Part shown: positions 29,738-43,781 of the stretch, in pieces | How the letters are laid out: the number at the start of each line of letters is the position of its first letter | Numbering within the stretch: the first letter of the stretch is position 1 | Assembly: GCA_964016885.1 (NCBI GenBank) | Contig: OZ024747.1 | Coordinates: 2,666,001 to 2,730,000, forward strand | Origin: Eledone cirrhosa | Taxonomy: Eukaryota | Direction of reading: 5' to 3' | Length of the DNA: 64,000 bases | The notes under the pieces: generated by a model | Databases searched by the model: none | What the model was told of the DNA's origin: nothing | What the model saw: the letters and a program-made list of their open reading frames with translations, nothing else | Made by a program: the position numbers and the translations under genes

Positions 29738-30042
29738 ATCATCATTTTCATCATTTCATTTTACGTCCGCTTTTTCTCTGCTTGCAAGGGTGGGACGGGA
29801 ACTGATTCTGGCTTGATTTCTACAACTGGATGCCCTTCCTAACACCAACCTCATTTACAGTGAGTGGTGGGTGCTTTTTTGCCGTGGCACATCCATGACC
29901 ACTTTGCAGTGGAATGGACCCCAGTGGAATGGACCCCAGTCCCTATCATCTCATTTCTACGTCTTGCTCAAGGAAACAACACATCACCTGGTCTGAGAAC
30001 CTTTCGATTGCAAGGCCAATGCTCTAAACACTAAGCCATGTG

Positions 30043-30045
<3 letters not shown>
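29738..30045 (-). mobile_element. Same SINE family, internally deleted
   Basis: Homologous to 15473-15806, with deletions and a short internal duplication. Confidence 0.85.
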
Positions 30046-30096
<51 letters not shown>

Positions 30097-30097
<1 letters not shown>

Positions 30098-30490
30098 TGG
30101 TTCAATCGGGGGTAACCACAGTAAGTGAGGCACTCAATACATAGAAGATTTAAATATTTAATATAGAAATGTCTTCTACAGAACTAGAACTGTTTCTTTC
30201 GATGGAAATCATCAGGAAGCCCTGGAGGTCATTGACTAATGAATTTAAAGAATGGGGATTCTTTAAATCCATCAGCCAATGACCTCCCCCTATCCCAATC
30301 ACCACTGTCTCCTATCAACAGAAAATATATAAATACCACCATATCACATTAACAGTTGTCTTTTCTGATGATTTTCTTCGAATGAAACAGTTCTAGTGCT
30401 GTAGAAGCCATTTCTATATTAAATATTTATACTCTGATATGTATTGAGTATCTTACTTACTGTGGGGTTACCTCCGATTGAACCCTGGGT
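30097..30490. mobile_element. Inverted pair of family C ends with internal hairpin
   Basis: About 30097-30215 (minus) mirrors about 30365-30490 (plus); both have CTGATGA..GAAACAGTT; extra hairpin at 30224-30287; (TA)n/(CA)n flanks. Confidence 0.7.
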
Positions 30491-30512
30491 ACACACACAC
30501 ACACATATATAC

Positions 30513-30564
<52 letters not shown>

Positions 30565-30580
30565 GTTATTCCGGGTTGAA

Positions 30581-30618
<38 letters not shown>

Positions 30619-30885
30619 GTTGACTTATTCACTTTCTTCCAACACCACTATGAAGTTTTAGCAATGCCTGTGGAAAGTGTGTAATCCTCTTTAGAGAATG
30701 AAGTTTACTGAACTATCCACCTGCTATGCTGAAACATCAAGACTATGTTGTAAGAAAAGGAATAAATAAACTTATATATTTACTCTATCATAAATATTGA
30801 GTTCTTCTTCCCTTGGTGACAGTAAAGATCACTAGTTCTGAACCTGCTATATGCATATAAATATATGCACTCACACATTTATTTA

Positions 30886-30975
<90 letters not shown>

Positions 30976-31040
30976 TATACATATATAAATAAATGTGTGA
31001 GTGCATATATTTATATATTCATATGTATGTGTATATATAC

Positions 31041-31071
<31 letters not shown>

Positions 31072-31268
31072 GGTGTGTACTTATGTATATTTAACTAGCT
31101 TATAGTTGCCTGTTTTTAACTATATAGATATATCTCTATATTCCCACACTGCTTCACTCATTTAGATAAGATATTATATTTTCACTTGTGCACAATCTGT
31201 CAGCTACATACACAAATATAACTAAAAACAAAAAACTTGTAGAAACAAATACACGCACACATATACAG

Positions 31269-31339
<71 letters not shown>

Positions 31340-32050
31340 CACACACACACATGCACACACAGACACACATGTGTGCACATAGAGACAGAAATAGACATAC
31401 AACAATAATGAGTGAATGTTTTCAAATGCAACACTTAGTTAATGTATATTTCATATATGTATTATTGATATTTTTCACTCCATAAGTGATTAAAAATTTA
31501 ATAGGGAAATGTGTATGTATGTATGTTTGTCTGGGAGACTCTTGAGGTTTCTGTTTCCTTTTCTAGCTATGTCTATGTTAATCATTGCCTACTATACCAT
31601 ATTTTGGTCGAAGTGTGATTTATCTGAATTTATTCAGCTGGGTTTACTTTAAATGTCCTTCTCATCTATCCAAAACTACTCAATATCTAACTAAGTGATT
31701 GATTATCGATTTATTGGCATAGATATATAATTCCATAATGTTGAGTCTCTGTTTTGTTTTTCTTTTATTCTCAATTTCCTCTATTTCTCTTAATTTATTA
31801 TTTGTTTGCATATTTATGTGTTTTTATTTACTTATATAGAATTTCACTTATTTTACAGTAAATGGCTGAATCTAATCAAAAGCTTTTCCCAACTTTCCCA
31901 AGCTTTCTGAATAAATAACTTTTCATTATGCTTGTTTGAATATTTCATGTGTGTGTGTATATATGTGTGTGCTTGTGTGAGTCTGAATGCTTGTGACAGA
32001 TATAAATGTATGTATATATATATATGTATATGTGTATGTATATATATATA

Positions 32051-32139
<89 letters not shown>

Positions 32140-32345
32140 ATATATATGCATGCATGTATCTATTTAAGTATGTTTATCATATACTTACTTTAAGAATACA
32201 TCTATGCACTTTATAACATGCATATGTATATTTATGCGACTGTCTGTGTGCATGTGTGTGTATATACATAAAATAACTATTTATTGATATGGGCGCAAGT
32301 ATAAATTTTCTTGATACAAGTACTAACTTGCACAGACACACAGAA

Positions 32346-32387
<42 letters not shown>

Positions 32388-33137
32388 GCATGCAAATACA
32401 TACATATATATGTATATATATATATACACACATATATATATATTCACACACACACATATACATATATACACACACACATATATATATATAGACACACATA
32501 TATATATATAGAGACACACATATATATATATTCACACACACATATATATATATATATAGACACATATATATATATAGAGACACACATATATATATATTCA
32601 CACACACACATATACATATATACACACACACATATATATATATAGACACACATATATATATATTCACACACACACATATACATATACACACACACACATA
32701 TATATAGACACACATAAATATATATTCACACACACACATATACATATATACACACACACATATATATATAGACACACATATATACATGACATGTGTGTGT
32801 GCATATGTGTGTGAATTCATATTTATATATGCATAATGCACACAAACATCCTCACATACTTATATTGATAGAAACACAAAGGCCATTAATATGATGTGCT
32901 GGACTGCTGACCATACTTTAATGAGTTCAAAGTGCATTGCCTCAGTATATGTAGCTGAAAAACAGTCTCACTCCTATTTATGGTTGGCTAGTTAACATTA
33001 GGAAAAGCATCCAACTGTAAAAACATTTGCTCCAACAATATGCAAATATCCAAATATGCAAAGCCCATTCACCCATTCTAACATGGGAAAATGGATTTAC
33101 AACAGTTAAATATCTCTCTCACCTTCTTTCTTCTTAC

Positions 33138-33186
<49 letters not shown>

Positions 33187-33299
33187 ATGTATAATACTCT
33201 CTCTATACATATATGCATTTATGTATATATATTTATGTATGTATATATATATATTTATGTATATATATATATGTATGTACGTATATGTATATATATGTG

Positions 33300-33343
<44 letters not shown>

Positions 33344-33659
33344 TACATACACACATATATATATATACATATACGTACATACACATATATATATACATAC
33401 TTTTTAATTATTGATTTGAATGACTTCATTTTTATTATTCTATTATTGATATCATTTCCTGCTATTGATGTCTGTGATGAAACATTTAATGAAATAAGAT
33501 TAAATTGAACTGGGTTTGCATTCCATGAACAGTTCTATTAAGTTTACCAATTACTAAATATAATCATGAGACCTGGTGACATTTTTGGAATATGTAGATT
33601 GGTAGATTATAGTCAAAGAACTTTAGGTGAGGCCTTCATATTTGCCCAAAGTCTACCCT

Positions 33660-33859
33660 NNNNNNNNNNNNNNNNNNNNNNNNNNNNNNNNNNNNNNNNN
33701 NNNNNNNNNNNNNNNNNNNNNNNNNNNNNNNNNNNNNNNNNNNNNNNNNNNNNNNNNNNNNNNNNNNNNNNNNNNNNNNNNNNNNNNNNNNNNNNNNNNN
33801 NNNNNNNNNNNNNNNNNNNNNNNNNNNNNNNNNNNNNNNNNNNNNNNNNNNNNNNNNNN
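33660..33859. other. Assembly gap (200 N)
   Basis: Run of exactly 200 N, a typical fixed-size scaffolding gap. Confidence 1.
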
Positions 33860-33863
33860 TGTA

Positions 33864-33910
<47 letters not shown>

Positions 33911-34700
33911 GCATGCATTCCTGTGTGTGTGTATATAAATACATGTGTGTATGTATATATGTAGACAGTGACAGAGAGAAAGAGAGAGAGAATGAGAGAG
34001 AGGATGAAATACTGAACAAAACATCTACATGTATGTGAGTGAGAAAGTGAGAAAGATAGATTATTCTATTCATGTCTTAGACAAAATATCGGCTAAGAAG
34101 CCACTATTAACATTTCCCCCAGTTAGATGAATATATTCATAATTTGTCTTTATCCTAAGGGGCAATCTATTCAACCTTTCATATTCAATTTATTTTCCCC
34201 CTTTAACCTACTTAATCTGCAAATAATGTATTTCACTTATTTCAAATAGGCAGCTTTTCACAATAATATATGGCGTTTATGAAAATAGATTTTCGTTTCC
34301 ATCACCTCAGCCAAATTAAATTATTAAGCATTTATAATCTATGAACAAAAAAAAACTCTCTGATGAATATACTTCTACTTCACTTTGCAACCAAAAATGG
34401 TGTGAAAGTGTGAAACCTTTGCTTATAGAAGTAAATTGGAATTTAAACTCATAATGCTATTTACTTGTGACTCTGCTGAAGCTTCACTAGATTAGATTGG
34501 ATGAAACCAAAAAATTTAGTAAACACTCCTTCTTAATTTAGATCTACACAGATTTTAATTTAAGATTTGTATTTTTGTGCTAAGCTAATTTTGTTAAGAT
34601 AAAAATATATAAAAAGAAATCAAATGATAAATTTTAATAAGTACTTTTAATTTTATTGAGTGCAAAATCAATTCTAAAAGTCTTGGAAAAAATATTGTTT

Positions 34701-34732
34701 CACTAATTGAAAAATAATCAACTTTTTTCCAG
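34701..34732 (+). promoter_or_regulatory. 3' splice site of the protocadherin main exon
   Basis: Branch-point-like CACTAAT at 34701, pyrimidine tract CTTTTTTCC, AG at 34731-34732, about 110 nt before the start codon. Confidence 0.75.
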
Positions 34733-34841
34733 ATTTATCTTCTTGAGTGAAAAAACTAAGATGTCTGCCAATACGTTGCTATGAAAACTTATTGAAATTG
34801 AAATTAACTAATCCATTTTCTCTGCTGATTTATGACTGAAA

Positions 34842-37250
34842 ATGATGATAAAACTTTGTATAATATTATTTATTCTTGGAGAATCAATGTCTGTAGATGT
34901 TATCTTCATGTGTCAGAGGGTCATAGTCCAGGTACATTTATAGGGAGCATTGCAGATGAAACTCACTTCTGGACAGTATGCCTTCTCAAGAACATGGCTC
35001 TGTTACATTCAGCCAATTACATGAAAGTAGAAGTGAAGATTTTGAACTGTTTAATATAACAAACTCAGGAAAGATGTACACAACACAAGTTTTAGATGCA
35101 GAATCTCTTTGTAAATATAACACAGAATGTTTCAAGATGATAGAAATTGCAGTGAGGCACGAGGAATCTTTTGTCCGGATTTTGGAAATTAAAATAATTA
35201 TTGATGATATTAATGACAATGCTCCTGAATTCTCCAGCAAACAATCAAACTCCAATTTTCAGAAACTGACAGAGAAGGCTTTATGAAATCAATACCAAAT
35301 TCTGTAGACAAAGACGTTAGTACACTATATAACCAGATTAATTATCAGCTTTATAAGAACCCAGATGAACCTTTTTCCCTATCTGTTAATAAGAAAGTTG
35401 ATGGAACAGCTAAAATTGGTATCATGTTAGAAGAAGCTCTTGATAGAGAACTAAAAGATAGTTATTCCCTGCAGGTCATTGCTAGAGATGGTGGATCACC
35501 ACCAAAAGAAGGAATTTTAGATATACAAATATCGGTTACAGATGAAAATGATAATTCTCCAGCCTTTTCTCAGGATATATATAATGTCTCAATTAATAAC
35601 GGTTTTCGAAAAGATGTTCCAGTTTTTGTTTTGCATGCAACAGACCTAGACTCAGGAAAAAACGGGGAAATTTTATACCAATTTGGCTCAAAAACCTCTC
35701 CATTAGCAAAATCCCATTTTACAATAAATAAGAGAACTGGAGATATTTTCCAATCAAGAACACATTATGGTGAAAGGAAACAAATGTATAAGCTTTATAT
35801 TGAAGCTATCGATAATGGCAATCCTCCTTTAAGTTCAACTGCTATTGTTTTGATAAACATATTGAATGAAGAAAATAATGCTCCACGAATAGATATGAAA
35901 TTTGTATCAAAATTTGAAGGTAACAGAGTTACAATATCTGAAGGAGTAAAAGTTGGCAGTTTCATTGCCTATGTGAAAGTTATAGATAATGATGTTGGTT
36001 TAAATGGAGAGGTTTCCTGTCAACTTCAACATGATAAATTGGAACTCAGAAGTTTGGGAACAAACAAATATAAAGTAGTCATCAAGAACACAGTAAACAG
36101 AGAAAGTCAAAGTCAACTTAATTTTGCAGTTGAGTGTGAAGACAGAGGATTGCCTCCATTATTAACCAAAAGAATGTTTACTGTCCAAATAAAAGATGTC
36201 AATGACATACAGCCACACTTTACTCGTGAGGTTTTCAAATTTTTAACTTATGAAAATGAGAAACCAAATTTTCCAATTGGCCTAATTAATGCAACTGACC
36301 AAGACCAGGGATCTGGTGGTCAGCTTTCCTTCTCTTTGCTGAATGACCACGGTCATATTTTACCATTTAAAATATCCAATTTTGGGTTTATTGCAACAAC
36401 TCAAATGCTTGACCGAGAACAACAAGACATCTATAAATTTAAAGTTTTAGTGAAGGATAATGGCATTCCTCCATTAAGTAATACTGCCACTGTAATTGTT
36501 GAAGTTATGGATAAGAATGACAATGCCCCATATTTTACATTTCCAAGTGTTAGCCCTTTCACTTTAGACGTCCACTATCATCCACAGAGTAATAATGACA
36601 TCACAACATTGAGAGCTTCTGATAGAGACAGCCATGTTAATGCTTTCCTCAAATATGAAATACTTAGCGGAAATGGAAAACAATTATTTTCAATAAATCC
36701 TTACACTGGTACTTTGTCTTATTACCGAACAGTTTACCAAAATGATGCTGGATTATATGATCTTCAGTTTGTTGTCAAAGACAGTGGTACACCAGTTTTA
36801 TCAGCAACAACGACTCTGTCTTTGACATTGACTGTCAGTAACAATACATCTAAAATGTTTACAGCTGTAGGCACAGAAGCTGATAAAAAGATACATTTTA
36901 ATTTAGTTGCTGTTATAGTCATTGCGGCTGTCATTGTATCTGTTGCTATTGTGGTATCCATTGCAATATGTATCATTCAGAAAAACAACCAAAGAAAATT
37001 CCTCTATACTAATGATGTAGATGGGAATAATAAGTTCGTTGAAGAGAGGAGACCATCAGAATATGTCTCTGAAAGTGTTTCTCCTCAGTATGATATTTCT
37101 ATTACAATGGTATCTGACAACAGCATGAAAAGAAACACACAAACAGCTACACTTAAAAAAGAATCACTTCCCAGACATAAACCTGGACAAAATTGGAAAA
37201 ATTCCCCAACAGGAATATTACACCAAAATATTATCCAAGGGACGCATCAG
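34842..37250 (+). CDS. Protocadherin main coding exon (signal peptide, 6 EC repeats, TM, start of cytoplasmic tail), broken by three 1-nt deletions (assembly error or young pseudogene)
   Basis: ATG at 34842 gives MMIKLCIILFILGESMS-VDVIF. Joining frames at about 34905, 34967 and 35243 gives HVSEGHSPGTFIGSIA..LDAESLCKYNTEC..DINDNAPEF, then ORF 35283 with LDRE, DENDNSPAF, ATDLDSG, DVNDIQP and DKNDNAPYF cadherin motifs and TM FNLVAVIVIAAVIVSVAIVVSIAICII. Donor CAG|GTAAGT at 37250/37251 (phase 0). About 804 codons once repaired. Confidence 0.95.
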
Positions 37251-39896
37251 GTAAGTTTTTACATTTATAGTTTCTCTTACAAGTATGTTGTTACTTAATC
37301 AATATCAATGAGAAAAACTCTACTAAATCAGAACTTGGAATTAATAGAAATTTGGTTGAAATCCAACTTAAATACATAGCTTCAATACTAATACAATTTG
37401 TTCAGAAAGTGATTCCTATTTCTTGAAATATTCTCATGTCACCTGATATAAATACTTGAGTGTTCTGAGTTAGCCACTCTTACAGTCTCACATGATTTCT
37501 CTAGAAGAAAAACTATTCAAGGAAAACACTAAAATATAAAAAAAGAAGTTTGCCAGGAGAATACTAAGAATCTGTAATTGAATAGTTCCATGAGATGTGT
37601 TGGAGATCATTTTATATATTCTTCTAACCTAATATTTCTTTCAGTTATTCTAATTATCTTTATTCAATTTGTGTCATTAGATTATTTAACATCAGAAAAA
37701 ACTTTCAAGAATTTAATTATTTCATTTAAACTGAGTTAAAAAAAATTTGCAAAAGTATTTGAGAAAATTCTCAGTTCAGATTCAGAATACAAGGCCTGGT
37801 AATTGCAACATTGTACAAAGACAGACCATTGCAAAAGGATGTTAAGGTGTGATTGATAGTTTTCAACAAATTTATCATATCAATTGATAATAGAAAAAAA
37901 AAAAGCTACAGAGAGAATCAAGTTACAAGAAGCAATAGTAAAAAAAATAAGAAATAAATTTAATCAAATATCAGTAAAGATATAGAGGCTATAGTTAAGT
38001 GATAGTGACATTTGACAGAAGGGAAATGTGTCATGTTACTAAACAGTGCTGATATCATGTCTTTATCTGTCCATTAGTGTTGAAACTGGGCTTATTGATT
38101 GATTAATAAACATTCCTTGCTTCCTCCTGTTTTCACACATCCAAGTGTGTTTTACAATGTAACTCCTAATTAATTGATTCAGTCTTTCAGATAGAAGTCT
38201 AAACATTTGGATTATAGAATTACCAGCATTGTATTGAAACCTTGATTAACATCTTCTCTCCTACTGTGACTCTTAGAATGTAGTTGCTTGCTTTTTAATG
38301 CATTTTTACTTCTTTTATACATATTATCTGATTCACTATACAAAGAGGGACATGCCCTTGATTAGATACAATTGACAAGTAGATTTTCACAAACACACAT
38401 ACAAACATACATATACATATATAAATACACATACACATATACATACACATATACTAATCACAGTCACAGATACTCACACAAGTAACAAGTAGAAATAAAG
38501 TACAGTATCAGAATAAATGTTAAAGAGTTAATATCACAAATAATAATCAAGGAAAAATCTCATTGTCTGAAAGAGAAATGGAACTGCTGTGAGGGGAAAA
38601 ACTTAATAGCATGATTAATGTGAAAAAGAGATGGTATATGTCGAGAACGGTTTTATAGAGAATTGCATGGAGATAGAATAAACAGAACATATTTTGTAAT
38701 AACATCTGACTTCATGACTATTTTAGTGTTATCATTGAGTAAATTGAAATATAAGTAACTTCCTTTACATTTGTATTACTGGCTTAATATCAATGTATCT
38801 GAAATATTTCAGGACTATATAAATAGTATTAGTTGAAGTGAACAAAGAAAGATTATAAATATTTATGGAGGAAAATATACTTTTCTTTTTATTTACCTTC
38901 ATTTCAGCCTTCAAACTATCAAATGTAGGTTTTCATAACAGCATGGTTGTATCACTGTTTATAAATAAAGTATTTCATTTTCAAATGCCAGTGAAGATTT
39001 AGTGTAAGAATCTTAACATGATTGTGCCAATATTTAATACGATGAACTCACTATTTCTTTTAGAAATACCACTCAGGAATTGGTGTTAGATTATTTCCTG
39101 TGGACATCTAATGAGCAGACATTAACAGTAAGAAACTTCTTAGTAAATGAATCTAACAAGAATTTCACAATTCCTAATAACTATTTTATTATTTGTGTTA
39201 TATAAATCTAGAACATTTAAATCCCACACAGGGATTCAGGTAGTACACCAGACCAGGACCCAGAGAACCTAGGATGGGCCAGTGAATATCTAATAACTCC
39301 CATCCCAAAAAGAATATCTTTGGCCCTCCTGAGTTTTGAGATAAGCTGAATCTGCAGTAATGACACCTAAAACGGTTGTATTCCACCTTGCAAAGTTTCA
39401 CTTGGAGGCTCTTACTGGACATTGTAATAAGGCAAACAAGAACTGTTGTTTTATAAACTGGATTTAAAAGTACATAAATCACTAAGAACTCTGTGGGCTA
39501 ATAAATGTTGGTATTTAGCTCTAGACTTACCCTTTCAGAGCAGAACCACAAGGAAAACTTCCAAAATATTTGGCCTAGTCTCACATCTGGATGAATTAAT
39601 CCTTTTGATAACAACCTAACTGAAACTGGTCCTGGTTATGTGTAACAAATCCACCTATTTTAAATGCTTGCTATATATATATCAAGAATGGTGTACTCAT
39701 GTGTGAAGATGCTATAAAACAGCTTATAAAATTGAGTAAAGATCCTTAGAGATAGAAAAGAAGTTGCCATCAGCTGCTGAGAGGAACTGAACCCCATATT
39801 TCCCAGATACCAGCTAGGCACTTTAAACCATTAAGCTAAGGGACTTTGGCAACTCTTAAATTAGATTGCTGAATCACAGCTTTTAAATGTAAACAA

Positions 39897-39942
<46 letters not shown>

Positions 39943-40354
39943 ACGTGCGTGTGTGTGTGTGTCTGTGTGTGTGTAATTATAGTTGGTAATATTACTTTAA
40001 TCATTTGTAAACGTTCTTAATTTAGTCTTTTATAGGTAAACCAAAGTATTGCTTTTGCAAAATGTTCCAATTATATTAAGCAAACATAAAATCAAACCAT
40101 TATAATGTTTGCTGAAAATAGTGTACATACAGGAGACTAATTAAACTTTTAATGGCTTCCCCACTTTAATGATGAGGTTTCTATAGCATATTAATATTCT
40201 TTCATTAATCTCTATTTACATATTTCTGAAATTTATATGAGGCATCATCATCATTATCAACATCATTTTAAAGTCTGCCTTTCCCTGTTGGCATGGATAG
40301 AATAAATCTTTTTTTGAGGTAGTATCTATGCATCATATCATGCTTTACTTTTAT

Positions 40355-40640
40355 CTAAAGTCTTTCACGAGTGCGGGGTCGCATCAGGCTGGTGCTTATA
40401 CCAGTTTCCTTGGTGTTAAGTGATGAAGAGTTCAAGACTTCCCTTGGACAAGATGCCAGTCCATTGCAGGGTTAATCCCCCAGCTATTGCTGGTACTCAT
40501 TTTTAGCTGAGTATACTGGAGCAATGTAAAATGAAGTGTTTTGCTCAAGAACACGACAAACAACCCACTCTAGGAATTGAACTCACAACATTATGATTGT
40601 AAGTCAAACACACTAACCACTAAGCCACATGCTTCCACTA
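40355..40640 (-). mobile_element. tRNA SINE with CORE-like plus V-like domain and 12-bp TSD
   Basis: Same head type as the CORE family, then AACCCTGCAATGGACTGGCATCTTGTCCAAGGG; TSD CTTTACTTTTAT at 40343-40354 and 40641-40652. Confidence 0.72.
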
Positions 40641-40783
40641 CTTTACTTTTATGTATGGTACCTATTCAACTGATTATCACCTGTCAAAACACCAAAATAC
40701 AAGAAAAAACAAATGGCACCACTTGATTTGACAGTGTATTTTGTTAGAGATGCCTACTGGCTGGAGTAGGTTTTACTATATAT

Positions 40784-41136
40784 TTAGGTAAGGCGGGTCT
40801 TCTCTGTTACTGAGTACCGCCAAAGGTCTCGGTCCAGTGACATTGTCTTGGAGAGGTGTAAGTGTGTGATGTCGGAGTTTATCAGCTCGTCCCAGGTTTT
40901 TCTAGGTCTGCCTATTCCGTGACTACCGTCTATCTTTATTGCCCTGCACTTTGTTATACAGCTATCGACTTTCATGCGCATCACGTGTCCATACCAACGT
41001 AGCCTTCTCTCGAGTAAACAACATCTGATCCCTCTTATCTCTAATTTTTTCCTTAGTTCGTTTATGCTTTGCCGTTCACGTATATTACTGTTACACATCC
41101 AGCGGAGCATGCAAGCTTCGTTCCTCTCTAGTCTGC

Positions 41137-41138
<2 letters not shown>
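40784..41138 (-). mobile_element. RTE-clade LINE 3' ORF fragment
   Basis: MLRWMC..RRLRWYGHVMRM..GRPRKTW C-terminal motifs. Related pieces at 7265-7520(-), 17578-17830(+), 41600-41900(-) and 42990-43290(+). Confidence 0.85.
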
Positions 41139-41176
<38 letters not shown>

Positions 41177-41404
41177 TGTATATATGTATATATATATATA
41201 TATATTTATTAAAATAACAGATTAAAGTTTAAGCAAAGAATCGGTGCTTTCACCCTTAACGGGATCTTCTGAAACTAAAAAAGTCAATCTGTGAACGCAG
41301 AAGTAAACATTTAAAAAAACGTTGCAACCGAAGGAAGACAGGAAGATGATACTTTGGTTCGTGGAAATGTTCCCTGGCAAAGAACGGAATATATATATAT
41401 ATAT

Positions 41405-41560
41405 ATAGGAAAAGAGTCAGAACCCCGACGACAGAGCTCAAGCCGATTCAACAGCTATTTCTGGGGTCTGACTCTTTTCCTATTACCCACTCTACTACCC
41501 AAAGTATCGAGTACTCTGGTCTGTTATGGTCACCTGGTTCCTTATCACACTTCCTTCATT
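41405..41560 (+). mobile_element. Small fold-back element, family A
   Basis: Arms ATAGGAAAAGAGTCAGAACCCC and GGGGTCTGACTCTTTTCCTAT, tail TACCCACTCTACTACC..CTTCCTTCATT, (TA)n flanks. Confidence 0.75.
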
Positions 41561-42176
41561 ATATATATATACATACATCATCTTCTGTTACTTCTTCACC
41601 CAAAGTTTCCCATCTATACATATCACATGTCCATACCAGCATGGCCTTCTCTCTTGCACATTACATCTGATTCCTCTTAATTCATCCATGCATACTAACA
41701 TTACACACCCAATGGAGCATGCTTGCTTCATTTCTCTCTGTATATTCTCAGCATTTAATGCCTGTGCCTCACAGGCATGCAACATCATACTTTTCATGGA
41801 GGCATCATACAATCTACCATTTGCAAATAAAAAATCCCTTTGTTGTAAATAGAATTAGTAGCTCCCTGTTTTTATTCTAACTATTATGCTCTCAGAGCAA
41901 CCTTAAACTACCAACCACTTCTGTGGTGCCTTCCTATGATTGAAAAACGTTTATTCCACTGCTGGTCTTACTATCCACTACACCATTGCATCCACTACAT
42001 GCAAAATCTATCTTTACAGTTATATCCTCATCATGATCATCATCAACATTTTACATGTGTGTATGTGTGTGTTTAGCTGGAAATTTAACCATTCTAGTTA
42101 AAATTAACGATGCCATTCCTTATGTATAAACATTTGAATAATACAAAAGCTGCAAGCAAGATTGTTGCTGAAACAG

Positions 42177-42221
<45 letters not shown>

Positions 42222-43522
42222 ACACCACTCACATATACATATATTTCATTTAATATCTGTTTTCTTTGCTAGAAAGTAATAGATGTGTCATCCAAGTACT
42301 CCAAGTTTTAAAGAGACTAGAAAATACAAAGAAAATATTTTCTTCAAGTCTCTTTAATGAACAGAAAACTGATAAACAAAGTTAAATTTTACTTGTAAGC
42401 TTAAATCAAATCTGTTAGGCTGTATGCTCAAAAATGCATCTAAAAAGAAAATTATCAAAATTGTTTCATCACCAAAATGTAGCTTAATACTTTCATTAAT
42501 ATTCCAAGGACACACTGCAGCAATGATGAGTGAATACAAACAATTAGTCCTTTGGCAAGTAGACTTGAATCTTAACAACTCAACCTGCTGTGACTTTGTC
42601 AGATTATATGAAATATGGCAAAAAGATAGAAAATTTATGCAAGGATAAAAATAGGAAAGTTTTAAGTGTAAGACTGAAAGGAATTAAATTTTTTTATTTT
42701 TTGTTTTTTATATTTTTATTTTATGCAATCATAGACAAAATTTAATTACGATAAATCTATATTGTTTGGAGATTTTTTTAAGTTATCAAGATTAATAAAG
42801 TTCAAATCAGAGATGGAGATCAATAGGAAATTGAGAGTTGAAATACATTTAAAAAATAATTCTTATAATCCTTTATTAAATATTTCCTGACATGTTATCA
42901 AATTATTCAATAATGCACACATCTGAAATAGTCTTAATGTCCTTTATATAGATCCTTGTAAAATTCTTATGAACTGTAAAACAAACATGGATGAAGAAGT
43001 TCTAAGTAATCCTAGTGGAAGGAAGCTACAGTAGAGGAAGACCAAGAAAGAACTGAATGGGATTAGTGAGAGCTTATCTCAGGTTGTTATAGCTCACATA
43101 GGTGATGAATGAGTGAGCTAATATGTGCATATATATATATGTGTGTGTGTTTGTGTGTGTGGAAGGAAGCTACAGTAGAGGAAGACCAAAGAAGAACTGA
43201 ATGGAAGTGGCAAGATCCTCTACTGAGAAGGAGCCATCAAAGCCATGCAAGCATGGAACAATGAACATAAAATGATGATGATGATGTTGATTATTCAGAA
43301 GAACAGGATGTGCCAATGGTTTTTTTAGACCCTCAAATTTAGCTTCTATATCTAGCTGGTCAAGAGCTTCCTTGTTGAAATATAGCTAGAGAATGTGCTG
43401 CCTAGGGCAGCCCTGGTGGTTGTTCACTTTCCTCGGCTCCTCATATATTAAATATATACAACAAACCTAAAGGAACCACTTCAACAAAGGTTTTGTGTGG
43501 GGCAGACCACCCCCACCTCCCC

Positions 43523-43781
43523 CAGAGGCATAACTAGGGTATGGCAAGCATGGCATGTGCTATGGGCGTCACTTTAAGTGGAGGGAGGCACTTGGACTAA
43601 ATGTGCCTTCTATTAAAGTCAGATAAGCTATCATCGGAGAGGGAAAAAAGAAACTTCTTCAGATGCATGACTGTCTTCATGGTTATATAAATCATTTTGC
43701 CAATAGTTAATAATACAGTGTTGGGTAGGGGCACAATTTCACTGCTTGTTATAGGCACTATTTCCCCTAGTTATGTCTCTG
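43523..43781. mobile_element. hAT-like MITE
   Basis: 17-bp TIRs CAGAGGCATAACTAGGG and CCCTAGTTATGTCTCTG (1 mismatch); TSD not clear. Confidence 0.65.

Noticed and set aside
37251-37298. C-terminal VSFYIYSFSYKYVVT of the 671-aa ORF
   Set aside because: Read-through past a consensus CAG|GTAAGT donor; probably intronic.
41225-41300. Minus-strand CAGAAGA-TCCC..GGGT-GAAA as a hammerhead (similarly CTGATGA..GATA at 2415-2452)
   Set aside because: Core mutated, and stems I and III cannot be closed.
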